DNA from: Candidatus Omnitrophota bacterium | Lineage (GTDB): Bacteria > Omnitrophota > Omnitrophia > Omnitrophales > Aquincolibacteriaceae | Length of the DNA: 64,000 bases | NCBI GenBank assembly: GCA_003140935.1 | Contig: PLLJ01000042.1 | Location: 10,144 to 74,143 of the forward strand | Direction: 5' to 3' | In this document: positions 38,901 through 47,731 of the stretch, piece by piece | How positions within the stretch are numbered: the stretch's first letter is position 1 | How the letters are laid out: every line of letters starts with the position of its first letter | Notes under the pieces: generated by a model | Told to the model about the DNA's origin: nothing | The model's input: the letters and a program-made list of their open reading frames with translations, nothing else | The model's database searches: none | Position numbers and translations under genes: made by a program

Positions 38901-40984
38901 TGGGAAAAAATACTGCTAGGATCCTCGGGCAATATTGCTGCGAAGTCATGCATAGTTCTAAAACGCCTCCTCCCGGATGTCCCCTGCGGCGTTTGCGGAA
39001 AAGCCTTCATCGCGAATCCTGGGAGACGTCGTTCTTGAACCGTTGGTTCCGGATCACGGTGGATCCCGTCTTGAACGAGCGGGGCGCCTTGATCGGGATT
39101 GTTCATATTGTCAGCGATATCACGGACCGTAAACGGGCGGACGAGGCGGTGATGAAGATCACCCGGTTCAACGAATCGATCATTAGCAGTTTGCCCGGCA
39201 TTTTTTATATTTTTAACAATCAAGGAAAATTTTTACGGGTCAATGAAAGGTTTTTGGAAGTCACGAAATACTCCCTGAAGCAGGTGTATAAAATGCATCC
39301 GTTTGATTTTTTCACCCAAAACGAAAAGGCGAAGGTCAAAGATACGATCGAGAAGGTCTTTGAAAAAGGCGAATCCTTTATCGAGGCCGATCTTTTGGGC
39401 AAAGATGGAAAAAAGACGCCTTTTTATTTCACGGGAGTCCGGGTTGTGATAGACGGGATTCCTCTCTTGGTGGGAGTGGGGATCGACGTTACCGAACGAA
39501 GAAGAGCGAAAGAAGCCGTCGTGGCCAGCGAACGCCGTCTTGCCCATTTGATGGCCGATCTTCCGGGCATGGTCTACCGGTGCAGGAACGAGCGGGATTG
39601 GCCCATATTTTTCGTCAGCGAAGGCTGTTTGCCGCTGACGGGGCACAGAAAAAAGGATTTTGAGTCCCACCGGGTCTTCTATAACGATCTCATCCACCGC
39701 GATGACCAGGAGCGTGTCTGGAACGCCGTGCAGGAAGCCCTAGCAGTAAAAAAATATTTCGAATTAACTTACCGGATCTGGACAAAAAAACACGAGGAAA
39801 AATGGGTTTGGGAACGCGGCCACGGTGTTTGGAACGATTCCGGTGAATTTATGTATCTTGACGGGTTCATCACCGACATCACCGCTCGCAAGCGAGCTGA
39901 GGACTTTCTCAGGGAACACCGGCATCAGTTACTCCAGGTCATTGATACGGTGCCGCATATGATATTCGCCGAGGATGGAAAAGGCCGGTTCTTGCTCGTG
40001 AATCGCGCGGTGGCCCAAGCGTACGGAAAGGAACCCAGAGACCTCATCGGGGTTCTGAGGCAGGACATGCATAAAGTTCGCGAAGAGGCCGAACATTTTT
40101 CGGCAAACGACAAGGAGGTTCTGGAGAGCGGTAAATCCAAGATCATTCCGGGGGAGATTTTCACGGACGTTCATGGGCGGAAGCATGTTCTCCAGACGAT
40201 CAAGATCCCGTTTAGGTTGGTGGGGGCAAAAGAGGATTGTATTTTGGGGGTGTCGGTGGACGTGACGGAGCAAAAAAAAGTCGAAGATTTCCGCAATGAG
40301 ATCATAAGGACCGTTTCCCATGAGCTCCGCACGCCGCTTTCGATCCAAAAAGAGGGTATCAGTCTACTTATGGATGAGATGGTAGGACCCATAAGTGTCG
40401 GACAAAAGGAGATCCTCGAAGCGGTCATGCGGAGCATCGATCGTTTGGCCCGCATGATCTCGAATCTTCTGGATGTTTCGAGTATCGAAACCCGAAAGAT
40501 CAAGTTCTTCCAAAAGATGACGAATTTGGAAGATCTTATAAAGGATGTGTTGCTCGAGTTTAAAAAGCGGGCATTCGAGAAGCATATCGATCTTAGCATG
40601 AAACCGTTGGGGAGCCCGGTCCGGGTTCTTATCGATCCGGACAAAATCACACAGGTTCTGAGCAATCTGGTGGATAATGCTATCAAGTTCACCCCGGAGG
40701 GAGGGACCGTGAAGATCTCTCTCGCTGTGCTAGAGAATGAATTGGAGTGCGAGGTCCGGGATAGCGGGATCGGGATCACTCCTGAGAATCTCGGCAAGGC
40801 GTTTGAAAAATTCCAACAATTTTCGCGGACGGACGGGCCGGGAGAAAAAGGGTTCGGGCTTGGGCTTTCGATCGCGAAGGGGATCATCGAATTGCATGGA
40901 GGCCGGATCTGGATAAAAAGCGAATTCGGCAAAGGGACGTGTGTGATGTTCTCATTACCGCTTTACCAAGGAAGACAGGGCTAA
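35999..40984 (+). CDS. Cytoplasmic multi-PAS (11 PAS) sensor histidine kinase
   Basis: 11 PAC-terminal D(I/V)(T/S)xxK/R-type motifs; SHELRTPL; NAIKFT; GFGLGL; no TM; start uncertain. Confidence 0.93.
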   Translation: MSPRRTQKRIKRARQMPSHSGAASLQASKKVPQKFQWRTLRQQRTKGIPLESGLGWRTIFENSHDGILIADLARKKFLDCNKKITKMLKYSKAEILSLSVKDLHPAKGLKRALKGFHHLAKGLASVVVDIPMKRKDGSSFYADISCARVEFSGRKYLVGFFRDVSERKGSEEALMESEEMFRTFTERSPNMIFINQGGKVVYANPKCEEIMGYKREEFYSPRFSFLTLMHPDDVPAVRRSFFTHQKGKEVPPYEYKMLTKGGKLIRGILTSKLIHYRGAPAILGIITDISDRKKAEDALRESENRFRKIIEHSPIAMAIVSTEGVIEYINQKAIKVFGYLPKEIPTMERWWVQAYPDRDYRKEVIADWMGRVQRGIASGGEIKGSEYRVTCKDRTVKTMFISGAYIAGKIFVLFDDITERWEAAEALRESEKKYKHLIETTGTGYVALDEWSRVTDANPEYVRMTGRKKLSEILGHKVQEWTAPYDRERNKLEVKKCFKRGFVRNLEVDYQTPAGQIIPIEINATVIRDAGPVRIVTICRDITKRKRAETSLAQREAHISGIIENQPGMVWLKDTHSRFLVVNQKFSDVAGGKNPTKMIGKTDFDFWPKDLARRYRADDKRAMRTGKSLVVEEPILDRGVRKWHETFKTPVVNEKGRIIGTTGYARDITERKRTEAVLKESEEKFRAMFETSPSGMALCEMDGTLVQVNQAYLDIIGYTRKEALKLTYWDLTPKEYAAGEAQQLRSMGKTGRYGPYEKEYIRKTGERVPVLLNGAVVTGVDGKKRIWSVVFDITERKRAEEALKQSLSLQNATLESTADGILVVDREGKVADFNERFKYLWRIPKKVLATRDDKKLLQLVLKQLKTSPRFLARVQWYYAHPRKSGFDVLEFKDGRVFERETHPQWVENKPVGRVWSFRDVTERKKSEELLRNTAKEWRTTFNAVGDAVWLLSLDGRILQTNKAASKMLGKNTARILGQYCCEVMHSSKTPPPGCPLRRLRKSLHRESWETSFLNRWFRITVDPVLNERGALIGIVHIVSDITDRKRADEAVMKITRFNESIISSLPGIFYIFNNQGKFLRVNERFLEVTKYSLKQVYKMHPFDFFTQNEKAKVKDTIEKVFEKGESFIEADLLGKDGKKTPFYFTGVRVVIDGIPLLVGVGIDVTERRRAKEAVVASERRLAHLMADLPGMVYRCRNERDWPIFFVSEGCLPLTGHRKKDFESHRVFYNDLIHRDDQERVWNAVQEALAVKKYFELTYRIWTKKHEEKWVWERGHGVWNDSGEFMYLDGFITDITARKRAEDFLREHRHQLLQVIDTVPHMIFAEDGKGRFLLVNRAVAQAYGKEPRDLIGVLRQDMHKVREEAEHFSANDKEVLESGKSKIIPGEIFTDVHGRKHVLQTIKIPFRLVGAKEDCILGVSVDVTEQKKVEDFRNEIIRTVSHELRTPLSIQKEGISLLMDEMVGPISVGQKEILEAVMRSIDRLARMISNLLDVSSIETRKIKFFQKMTNLEDLIKDVLLEFKKRAFEKHIDLSMKPLGSPVRVLIDPDKITQVLSNLVDNAIKFTPEGGTVKISLAVLENELECEVRDSGIGITPENLGKAFEKFQQFSRTDGPGEKGFGLGLSIAKGIIELHGGRIWIKSEFGKGTCVMFSLPLYQGRQG

Positions 40985-40988
40985 GGCC

Positions 40989-41366
40989 ATGCCTGAGGAA
41001 AAAAGAAAGATCCTTTTTGTCGATGATGAACCGGACCAGATCCTGATGATCTCCCTCAGGCTGCAGAAAAGCGGTTATGCGGTCGTCTCCGCCGCGGATG
41101 GAGAAGAGGGTTTGAAGAAAGCCTTTGAAGAAAAGCCCGCTCTTATTCTGTTGGACATGCTCATGCCAGGCATAGACGGTTTTGAGGTTTGTCGCCGGCT
41201 TCGTAAAAATCCCGTCACAAAAAACATTCCGGTCATCGCCACCACGGCGGCGGGCGTCGACGACATCGAATTCCAGTGCCGTGCGGCCGGGGCCGACGAT
41301 TGCATCCGGAAACCCTACGATTCCGCAGACCTTCTCACGAAAATCCGCCAACTGCTTAAGGCATGA
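40989..41366 (+). CDS. Single-domain response regulator
   Basis: ILFVDDE, LDMLMPGIDG, KPY. Confidence 0.94.
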   Translation: MPEEKRKILFVDDEPDQILMISLRLQKSGYAVVSAADGEEGLKKAFEEKPALILLDMLMPGIDGFEVCRRLRKNPVTKNIPVIATTAAGVDDIEFQCRAAGADDCIRKPYDSADLLTKIRQLLKA

Positions 41367-41403
41367 CCCCACAAATCATGATCAAAGGGAAAGGCATCCT
41401 TCT

Positions 41404-42120
41404 GTGAGATCGTTGAACAGCAAACAGATCATTGATGCCTTGACTAAGATCAGCGATGCGGTCATTTCGGACCTGTATTTGGAAGAGATCCTTAAATTGA
41501 TCGTGACGGTGACCGCAGAGGTCATGCATTCCAAGATATGTTCCCTCATGCTCCTGGAAAAGTCCACCAATGAGCTAGTCGTCAAAGCGACCCAATCCGT
41601 CAGTGAGTTCTATAACAAAAAACCCAACGCAAAGCTCGGGGAAGGCATCGCCGGAAGGGCGGCCCAGCTTGGAGAACCGATCACCGTTCTTGATGTGCGG
41701 AAGGACAAACGCTATCTCAATCAAGCGATCGCCAAAAAAGAGAACCTTTGTTCTCTCTTAAGCATGCCGCTTATTTACAAGGGAAATGTCATCGGAGTGC
41801 TGAACTGTTATACGGCCAAGCCGCGTCCCTTTAGCCCAAACGAGATACGCGTCATCAAATCGATCGCGAACCAGGCCGCGATCGTCATTGAGAACTTCCG
41901 GTTGGTCGTAGAATCGCAAGTGATCCAGGAAGAACTGGAATCAAGGAAGGCGATTGAGCGCGCCAAAGGCATTTTGATGAAAAGGGAGAACTTAAGCGAA
42001 CAGGGGGCTTATAAGCTCATCCGTAAGTACAGCATGGATAAACGGAAGAGCATGAGGGAGGTCTCGGAGGCCATCCTTTTAAGCGCGGAGATGCAGAGAT
42101 TTTCATCCGGCAAAGAATGA
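41404..42120 (+). CDS. GAF-ANTAR RNA-binding antiterminator
   Basis: GAF region (GEGIAG, SLLSMPL) plus ANTAR LESRKAIERAKGILM...AYKLIRKYSMDKRKSMREVSEAIL; in-frame GTG start at 41404 is inferred. Confidence 0.9.
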   Translation: MRSLNSKQIIDALTKISDAVISDLYLEEILKLIVTVTAEVMHSKICSLMLLEKSTNELVVKATQSVSEFYNKKPNAKLGEGIAGRAAQLGEPITVLDVRKDKRYLNQAIAKKENLCSLLSMPLIYKGNVIGVLNCYTAKPRPFSPNEIRVIKSIANQAAIVIENFRLVVESQVIQEELESRKAIERAKGILMKRENLSEQGAYKLIRKYSMDKRKSMREVSEAILLSAEMQRFSSGKE

Positions 42121-42128
42121 GATTAGGA

Positions 42129-42156
42129 TTGGCAATCAGAATTTCCGTGCTATAAT
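42129..42156 (+). promoter_or_regulatory. Sigma-70 promoter (extended -10) for the gdhA leader
   Basis: TTGGCA-N16-TATAAT with TG at the extended position (TGcTATAAT). Confidence 0.7.
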
Positions 42157-42166
42157 CCCACTGCTG

Positions 42167-42300
42167 AACACAAAGTGAGTGTTTGGTGGAAAGAAAGCGA
42201 AGCGGCGCTCTGAGAAGAGCGCCTTTTTTGTTTCAGTCCAGCAACACAGGATAAAGACGTCCTTCTTGGCAGGAGTTTTTGCCGGGAAGGATTTTTTTTT
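42167..42300 (+). promoter_or_regulatory. gdhA 5' leader with two intrinsic terminators and overlapping small hairpins (putative ANTAR attenuator)
   Basis: T1 ggcgctct-gaga-agagcgcc-T6 (42204-42229); T2 gtccttcttggca/tgccgggaaggat plus T-run (42259-42300); hairpin aggat-AAAGAC-gtcct overlaps T2. Confidence 0.7.
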
Positions 42301-42377
42301 GGCAAAAGTGCTTTAGCACCGTAAACCAGGGGCGGGGACATTTGGGTCCTCAAAACATCAAAAAAGGGGTGAAAACA

Positions 42378-43742
42378 ATGGCAAAAACAGGGGAAAGTTC
42401 AGCGGAAAAAGAGATCAACGCGTTCATGAAAAAAGTGAGTGCCAGAAATCCCGGTGAAAAGGAATTTCTTCAAGCGGTCCGGGAAGTGGTGGATTCCGTA
42501 ACGCCTTTTATCGAAAAACACCCCAGGTATAGAAATGCGAAGATCCTGGAAAGAATGGTCGAGCCGGAGCGTGTGATCATGTTCCGGGTTCCCTGGCTTG
42601 ATGACAAGGGAGAGATCCAGATCAATCGTGGTTTCCGTATTCAGATGAACAGCGCGATCGGTCCCTACAAGGGCGGTATTCGCCTTCACCCGAGTGTCAA
42701 TCTCGGCATCCTGAAGTTTTTAGCGTTCGAACAAGTGTTCAAGAACAGCCTCACCACGCTGCCCATGGGCGGGGCGAAGGGCGGTTCAGATTTTGATCCC
42801 AAAGGGAAATCCGATAACGAGGTCATGAAGTTCTGTCAGAGTTTCATGCTGGAGCTCTCCCGTCATATCGGACCGGATACGGACGTTCCGGCCGGCGATA
42901 TCGGCGTGGGTGGCCGCGAGATCGGTTTTATGTTCGGCCAGTACAAGAGAATCCGTAATGAATTCACCGGCGTTCTGACCGGAAAGGCCCTGAGTTGGGG
43001 TGGCAGTCTTATCCGTCCCGAGGCCACCGGCTATGGCTGCGTTTATTTCGTCGAAGAAATGATGAAGACGAGAAAAATGTCCCTGGCAGGGAAGACCTGC
43101 GTTGTTTCCGGTTCGGGGAACGTCGCGCAGTATACCGTGGAAAAACTTAATGAGCTTGGCGCCAAAGTCGTCACCTTGTCGGATTCGGACGGTTACATCT
43201 ATGACAAAAAAGGCATTGACGCGAAAAAATTGCAGTTCGTCATGGAGCTCAAAAACGTAAAGCGCGGACGCATCAAGGAGTATGCGGACGAATTCGGCTG
43301 CGAATATGTGGCCGGTCAAAGACCGTGGAAAGTCGAGTGCGATGTGGCTTTTCCGAGCGCCACGCAGAACGAGATCAGCGGGAACGACGCAAAGGCCCTC
43401 GTCAAGAACGGTTGTATCGCGATCGGCGAAGGCGCCAACATGCCGACCACGCCGGAAGGCATCGAAGTATTCCAGAAGGCAAAGATCCTCTATGCCCCCG
43501 GCAAGGCGGCGAATGCCGGCGGGGTAGCGACTTCGGGTCTGGAAATGAGCCAGAACAGCATGAGGCTTCGCTGGTCCCGCAAGGAAGTCGATGAAAAACT
43601 GCACGGGATCATGGTCTCGATCCACGAGAGCTGCGTGAAATACGGCAAGGAAGACGCGAAGTATATCAACTACGTCAACGGCGCCAACATCGCGGGGTTC
43701 GTGAAAGTTGCGGATGCCATGATTGATCAAGGCTTGGTCTAG
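42378..43742 (+). CDS. gdhA: NADP-specific glutamate dehydrogenase
   Basis: GPYKGGIRLHPSV, LPMGGAKGGSDF, DVPAGDIGVG, RPEATGYG, GSGNVA. Confidence 0.97.
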   Translation: MAKTGESSAEKEINAFMKKVSARNPGEKEFLQAVREVVDSVTPFIEKHPRYRNAKILERMVEPERVIMFRVPWLDDKGEIQINRGFRIQMNSAIGPYKGGIRLHPSVNLGILKFLAFEQVFKNSLTTLPMGGAKGGSDFDPKGKSDNEVMKFCQSFMLELSRHIGPDTDVPAGDIGVGGREIGFMFGQYKRIRNEFTGVLTGKALSWGGSLIRPEATGYGCVYFVEEMMKTRKMSLAGKTCVVSGSGNVAQYTVEKLNELGAKVVTLSDSDGYIYDKKGIDAKKLQFVMELKNVKRGRIKEYADEFGCEYVAGQRPWKVECDVAFPSATQNEISGNDAKALVKNGCIAIGEGANMPTTPEGIEVFQKAKILYAPGKAANAGGVATSGLEMSQNSMRLRWSRKEVDEKLHGIMVSIHESCVKYGKEDAKYINYVNGANIAGFVKVADAMIDQGLV

Positions 43743-43764
43743 GACCGGGACGTAGTTCTAAGGG

Positions 43765-43793
43765 CAGGGCCCCTTTTGGGGCCCTGTTTTTTT
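43765..43793 (+). terminator. Rho-independent terminator after gdhA
   Basis: cagggcccc-tttt-ggggccctg-T7. Confidence 0.9.
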
Positions 43794-43796
43794 AGG

Positions 43797-43825
43797 TTGA
43801 CAAATGATACAAGAACGGTATCATT
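43797..43825 (+). promoter_or_regulatory. Sigma-70 promoter overlapped by an 8-7-8 palindrome (putative Rrf2 operator)
   Basis: TTGACA-N16-TATCAT; AATGATAC-aagaacg-GTATCATT. Confidence 0.7.
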
Positions 43826-43830
43826 ACGCG

Positions 43831-44292
43831 ATGAAACTTATCACACGCAACACCGATTACGCGATGCGCGCCCTTTGTTATATCGCAGGACAGAGTAAAA
43901 CGTCCGTGTCTGCCGAAGAAATGGTAACGCGACTCAAGATCCCGAGGCCTTTTTTAAGGAAGATCCTCCAGATTTTAAGCGGCGAAGGTTTATTGAAGTC
44001 CACCAAAGGACAGGGAGGCGGGTTCTCTTTAGCTTGTTCCAAGGAGAAAGTTCTTCTGACGGACTTGATACGGATCTTTCAAAATACGATCCAATTGAAC
44101 GAATGTGTTTTCAAGAAAAAAACATGTCCCAACCGGAGCACCTGTATGTTGAAGAAGAAAATCGATTCCATCGAGCGAGACGTATTCAAAAGGCTTCGCG
44201 GGATATCGATCGCCTCTTTGATACATGACGGGAACGGTTCGCGTTCGCATCCGAAGGGAAAATGTCATGGCCATTCTGCAAGCCGCCACTGA
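43831..44292 (+). CDS. Rrf2-family transcriptional regulator (three Cys, Fe-S type)
   Basis: TDYAMRAL, S.KG.GGGF.L, ECVFKKKTCPNRSTC. Confidence 0.92.
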   Translation: MKLITRNTDYAMRALCYIAGQSKTSVSAEEMVTRLKIPRPFLRKILQILSGEGLLKSTKGQGGGFSLACSKEKVLLTDLIRIFQNTIQLNECVFKKKTCPNRSTCMLKKKIDSIERDVFKRLRGISIASLIHDGNGSRSHPKGKCHGHSASRH

Positions 44293-46006
44293 AACGAGGT
44301 TCAAAGGGTTGCCGCTCAGTCCCGGGGTCGCGGTGGCGCGGGTGTGTCTTTTTAATGAAAAGCGCCATACGAGTCTTTCCGTCACGAATGTTACGGACAA
44401 AGAGGTTCGGAGTGAAGGCGAACGTTTCAGAAAAGCCTTGTCTTTCGTCCGGGAAAAGCTGACCCAGCTTATCAGGGAGGTAAAAGAACGCGTCGGGAAG
44501 GCTGAGGCCGAGATCTTTACGGCACAAAAAATGATCCTCGAAGATCCTGCGCTGATCCAAAGGGTGGCCGACCATATCCGCAGCAAGAACTTTAACGCCG
44601 AAAAGGCCGTGATCAGCTCGCTCGACTTTTTTGAGGAACAGCTGGCCGAGAAGGATAATGCTTATGTCCGGGAACGCGCGGCGGACATCAGTGAAGTGAA
44701 ACGCCGGCTGCTCGATGCGCTTGCCAATCTGAATCCTTCATTCCAATGTGAAAGTGATTCTTTCTGTCAAAAGGGGAAGAATCGGATCGTGATCGCCCAG
44801 GAGCTTACTCCGAGCTTGACCATGGAACTCAATACCGATTCTATCCGAGGATTTGTGACCGACCGCGGGGGCGTGGCTTCGCATGCTGCGATCCTGGCAC
44901 GTGCTCTCGGGATTCCGGCCGTAAGCGGTATTCCGGGGATCCACGATATGATCTTCTGCGGGACGGAGGTACTTGTCAACGGGGGTACCGGAGAGGTCGT
45001 GATATGGCCGAATAAAAATACGCTTGCGGAATATCCGGATCTTCAACGGGGGATCGCAGAAGAAATTCCCGTCGTGGAACCCGTCACCGGACTTAAGGTG
45101 TTCGCCAACTTGAGTCTCGCGAAAAAAGTGAAGGAGGCCGTGGATCATAAAGCGGAAGGGATCGGACTTTACCGGACGGAGTTTGAATTTTTTGCGGCAG
45201 GGAAGGTTCTCTGTGAAATGGAACAATACGATCTTTATCGCGAGGTCCTGAAAGCCATGAAAGACAAACCGGTCTATTTCAGAATGCTCGACCTGGGCGG
45301 TGACAAGACCGCGGATTTTTTTAAATTTCCAAAGGAACAAAATCCCGCGCTGGGCCTCCGCGGAAGTCGTCTCCTCTTGGGACATCCCGAACTTTTCAGG
45401 AATCAGGCACGGGCCTTGGCCCGTGCATCCCGGTACGGCCGCGTTCATGTGATGTATCCCATGGTGATCGATATTGAGCAATTCCGGAGACTGAAAAAGG
45501 CCTTCGGGGAAGCGAGCGCGGATATCCCGCAGGGCGAGATCAAGCATGGACTCATGTTTGAAGTCCCGTCGGCATGTCTCGATGCGGAAGAGATCCTGAA
45601 AGAGGCGGATTTTGGCAGTGTTGGCACGAACGATCTGATCCAGTATCTGTTCGCCGTGGATCGTGATAATGAATTCGTCGCATACGACCATCATCCGGAC
45701 CGCAAGATCTTCTGGCACCTTATTCACCATGTCGCGCATGCTGCCAAAAAACACCGCAAGCCGCTTTCGGTCTGCGGAGAATTGGCGGCCAATCCTGTGT
45801 ATGCGAGAAAATTGATCGCAGAGGGGATCCGCGCGGTCAGTGTGGCACCGCGGGCCATTACGGGCTTGAGGATCGCGATCAAGAACAAACCGAAGCTCGC
45901 CAAGAAAAGGGCTTTGAAGCTGTTCAACGGGAAAAAGAAGCGAACCGTGAACGCGGATCCTTCATTGAAAAATAGAAATAAAAAAACAACAAAAAGGAGA
46001 AAATAA
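44267..46006 (+). CDS. ptsI: Phosphoenolpyruvate-protein phosphotransferase (PTS enzyme I)
   Basis: ERAADI, SHAAILARALGIP (phospho-His), GIGLYRTEF, NPALGLRG, SVGTNDLIQY, VCGELA. Confidence 0.93.
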   Translation: MAILQAATETRFKGLPLSPGVAVARVCLFNEKRHTSLSVTNVTDKEVRSEGERFRKALSFVREKLTQLIREVKERVGKAEAEIFTAQKMILEDPALIQRVADHIRSKNFNAEKAVISSLDFFEEQLAEKDNAYVRERAADISEVKRRLLDALANLNPSFQCESDSFCQKGKNRIVIAQELTPSLTMELNTDSIRGFVTDRGGVASHAAILARALGIPAVSGIPGIHDMIFCGTEVLVNGGTGEVVIWPNKNTLAEYPDLQRGIAEEIPVVEPVTGLKVFANLSLAKKVKEAVDHKAEGIGLYRTEFEFFAAGKVLCEMEQYDLYREVLKAMKDKPVYFRMLDLGGDKTADFFKFPKEQNPALGLRGSRLLLGHPELFRNQARALARASRYGRVHVMYPMVIDIEQFRRLKKAFGEASADIPQGEIKHGLMFEVPSACLDAEEILKEADFGSVGTNDLIQYLFAVDRDNEFVAYDHHPDRKIFWHLIHHVAHAAKKHRKPLSVCGELAANPVYARKLIAEGIRAVSVAPRAITGLRIAIKNKPKLAKKRALKLFNGKKKRTVNADPSLKNRNKKTTKRRK

Positions 46007-46007
46007 A

Positions 46008-47684
46008 ATGGGCATGTTTTGCTATCAGTGCGAACAGACAGCCAAAGGAAAAGGCTGCGATGTGAAGGGTGTATGCGGTAAAACGCCGGAGGTGGCGGCG
46101 CTTCAGGATCTCTTGGTCCATGTGGCAAAAGGGATCGCGATCTATGGGCAAAGGATCCGCGAGATGGGTCTGAAGGATAACGAAGCGGATCTCTTTTTGA
46201 TCGAGGCGCTTTTTACCACGGTCACGAATGTGGATTTTGATCCTGAAAGGATCCAGGAGGCGTTGCTCCGGGGTTTTAAGATTAAAGAGAAGATCAGAAA
46301 TCTTTTCCATAATATCTATAAGAAAAAAAATCGCCGCGATTTTGACGGTGAACTTCCGGCGGCGGCCTACTGGATGCCCGCGGCCAATTTGGCGGGTCTT
46401 GTGGAACAAGGGAGCAAAGTCGGCATTCTCTCCGATAAAACTCTCAATGAGGACATCCGGAGCCTTCGCGAACTTCTGCTCTACGGGCTCAAGGGAATGG
46501 CGGCTTATGCGGATCATGCGCATGTGCTGGGCAGGCAGGATGAGGAGGTGACCGCGTTCTTCTACAAAGGTTTGTGCGCGCTCACGGACCATCGTCTGAC
46601 TGTGAACGATCTTGTGGACCTGAACATGAAGTTCGGGATGGTCAATCTCAAATGCCTGGAACTTTTGGATAAGGCGCACACGGATCATTTTGGGCATCCG
46701 GTGCCGACGCGCGTGTCGCTCGGAGTGAAAAAAGGTCCCGCGATCCTCGTGTCCGGCCATGATCTTCTGGACCTGGAACAACTTCTTCAGCAGACGGAAG
46801 GTCAAGGGATCAATATTTACACGCATGGCGAGATGTTGCCGGCGCACGGGTATCCGGGGCTTAAAAAATACGAGCACCTTGTCGCGAATTACGGCGGCGC
46901 GTGGCAGGATCAAGCCAAGGAATTCGACGTTTTTCCGGGAGCGATCCTGATGACCACCAATTGCATTCAGCAGCCGCGCGAAAGTTACAAGAGCCGGATC
47001 TTCACGACGGGTCTTGTGGCGTGGTCGGGAGTGCAACACATTGGACAGCTCAATGGACGAAAAGATTTTTCCCCCGTCATCGCGAAAGCGATCGAGACCG
47101 GCGGTTTTCTGCAGGATATCCCCGCGAAGAATATCGTGGTGGGGTTTGGCCACAACGCGGTGCTGGGTGTCGCGGACAAGGTCATCGACGCGGTGAAAGC
47201 CGGAAAGATCAAACATTTGTTCCTCGTGGGAGGATGTGATGGCGCGAAGCCCGGAAGGAACTACTACACGGATTTTGCCACGGAGGCGCCTAAGGATACG
47301 GTCATCCTGACACTTGCTTGCGGCAAATACCGGTTCAACAAACTCGAGTTCGGGGATATCGGCGGCATTCCGAGACTTCTCGATATGGGGCAGTGCAATG
47401 ATGCTTACTCCGCGATCCGGGTAGCCGTCGCTCTTGCGAAGGCTCTCGAGTGCGGCGTGAACGATCTGCCGCTTTCGATGATCCTTTCTTGGTACGAACA
47501 AAAGGCGGTCTGTATCCTCTTGACGCTTTTGGCGCTGAGGATCCAGAACATCCGCATTGGCCCCTCACTTCCCGCTTTTGTGAGTCCCAACGTGTTGAAC
47601 GTGCTTGTCTCAAAGTTCAATATCAAGCCCGTGACCACGGCCAAAGAGGACCTTGCTGCGATCCTCGGGACCGTGAAAGTCTGA
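46008..47684 (+). CDS. hcp: Hybrid cluster protein (hydroxylamine/NO reductase), class I-like
   Basis: MFCYQCEQ (Cx2Cx8Cx5C), SGHDL, YTHGEMLPAH, GGCDG, GQCND, SWYEQKA. Confidence 0.97.
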   Translation: MGMFCYQCEQTAKGKGCDVKGVCGKTPEVAALQDLLVHVAKGIAIYGQRIREMGLKDNEADLFLIEALFTTVTNVDFDPERIQEALLRGFKIKEKIRNLFHNIYKKKNRRDFDGELPAAAYWMPAANLAGLVEQGSKVGILSDKTLNEDIRSLRELLLYGLKGMAAYADHAHVLGRQDEEVTAFFYKGLCALTDHRLTVNDLVDLNMKFGMVNLKCLELLDKAHTDHFGHPVPTRVSLGVKKGPAILVSGHDLLDLEQLLQQTEGQGINIYTHGEMLPAHGYPGLKKYEHLVANYGGAWQDQAKEFDVFPGAILMTTNCIQQPRESYKSRIFTTGLVAWSGVQHIGQLNGRKDFSPVIAKAIETGGFLQDIPAKNIVVGFGHNAVLGVADKVIDAVKAGKIKHLFLVGGCDGAKPGRNYYTDFATEAPKDTVILTLACGKYRFNKLEFGDIGGIPRLLDMGQCNDAYSAIRVAVALAKALECGVNDLPLSMILSWYEQKAVCILLTLLALRIQNIRIGPSLPAFVSPNVLNVLVSKFNIKPVTTAKEDLAAILGTVKV

Positions 47685-47699
47685 TCCCGTTCGGCACCC

Positions 47700-47731
47700 G
47701 ATAGACGGTCTCAGACCCGGGACCGTCTATC
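47700..47731. repeat. 11-bp perfect inverted repeat after hcp (REP-like or mRNA-stabilising hairpin)
   Basis: gatagacggtc-N10-gaccgtctatc; no U-tract. Confidence 0.6.

Noticed and set aside
41182-41403. N-terminal extension of the GAF-ANTAR ORF, and similar extensions at 6934, 13469, 42279, 52634 and 53160
   Set aside because: These overlap upstream genes or terminators; downstream starts fit the RBS or domain boundaries better.
45924-47501. 525-aa minus-strand ORF, and similar long antisense ORFs at 42786-43730, 31979-33118, 28891-29997, 13568-14677 and 8767-9762
   Set aside because: Each lies opposite a well-conserved gene and has no recognisable motifs. Such shadow ORFs are expected from codon bias.
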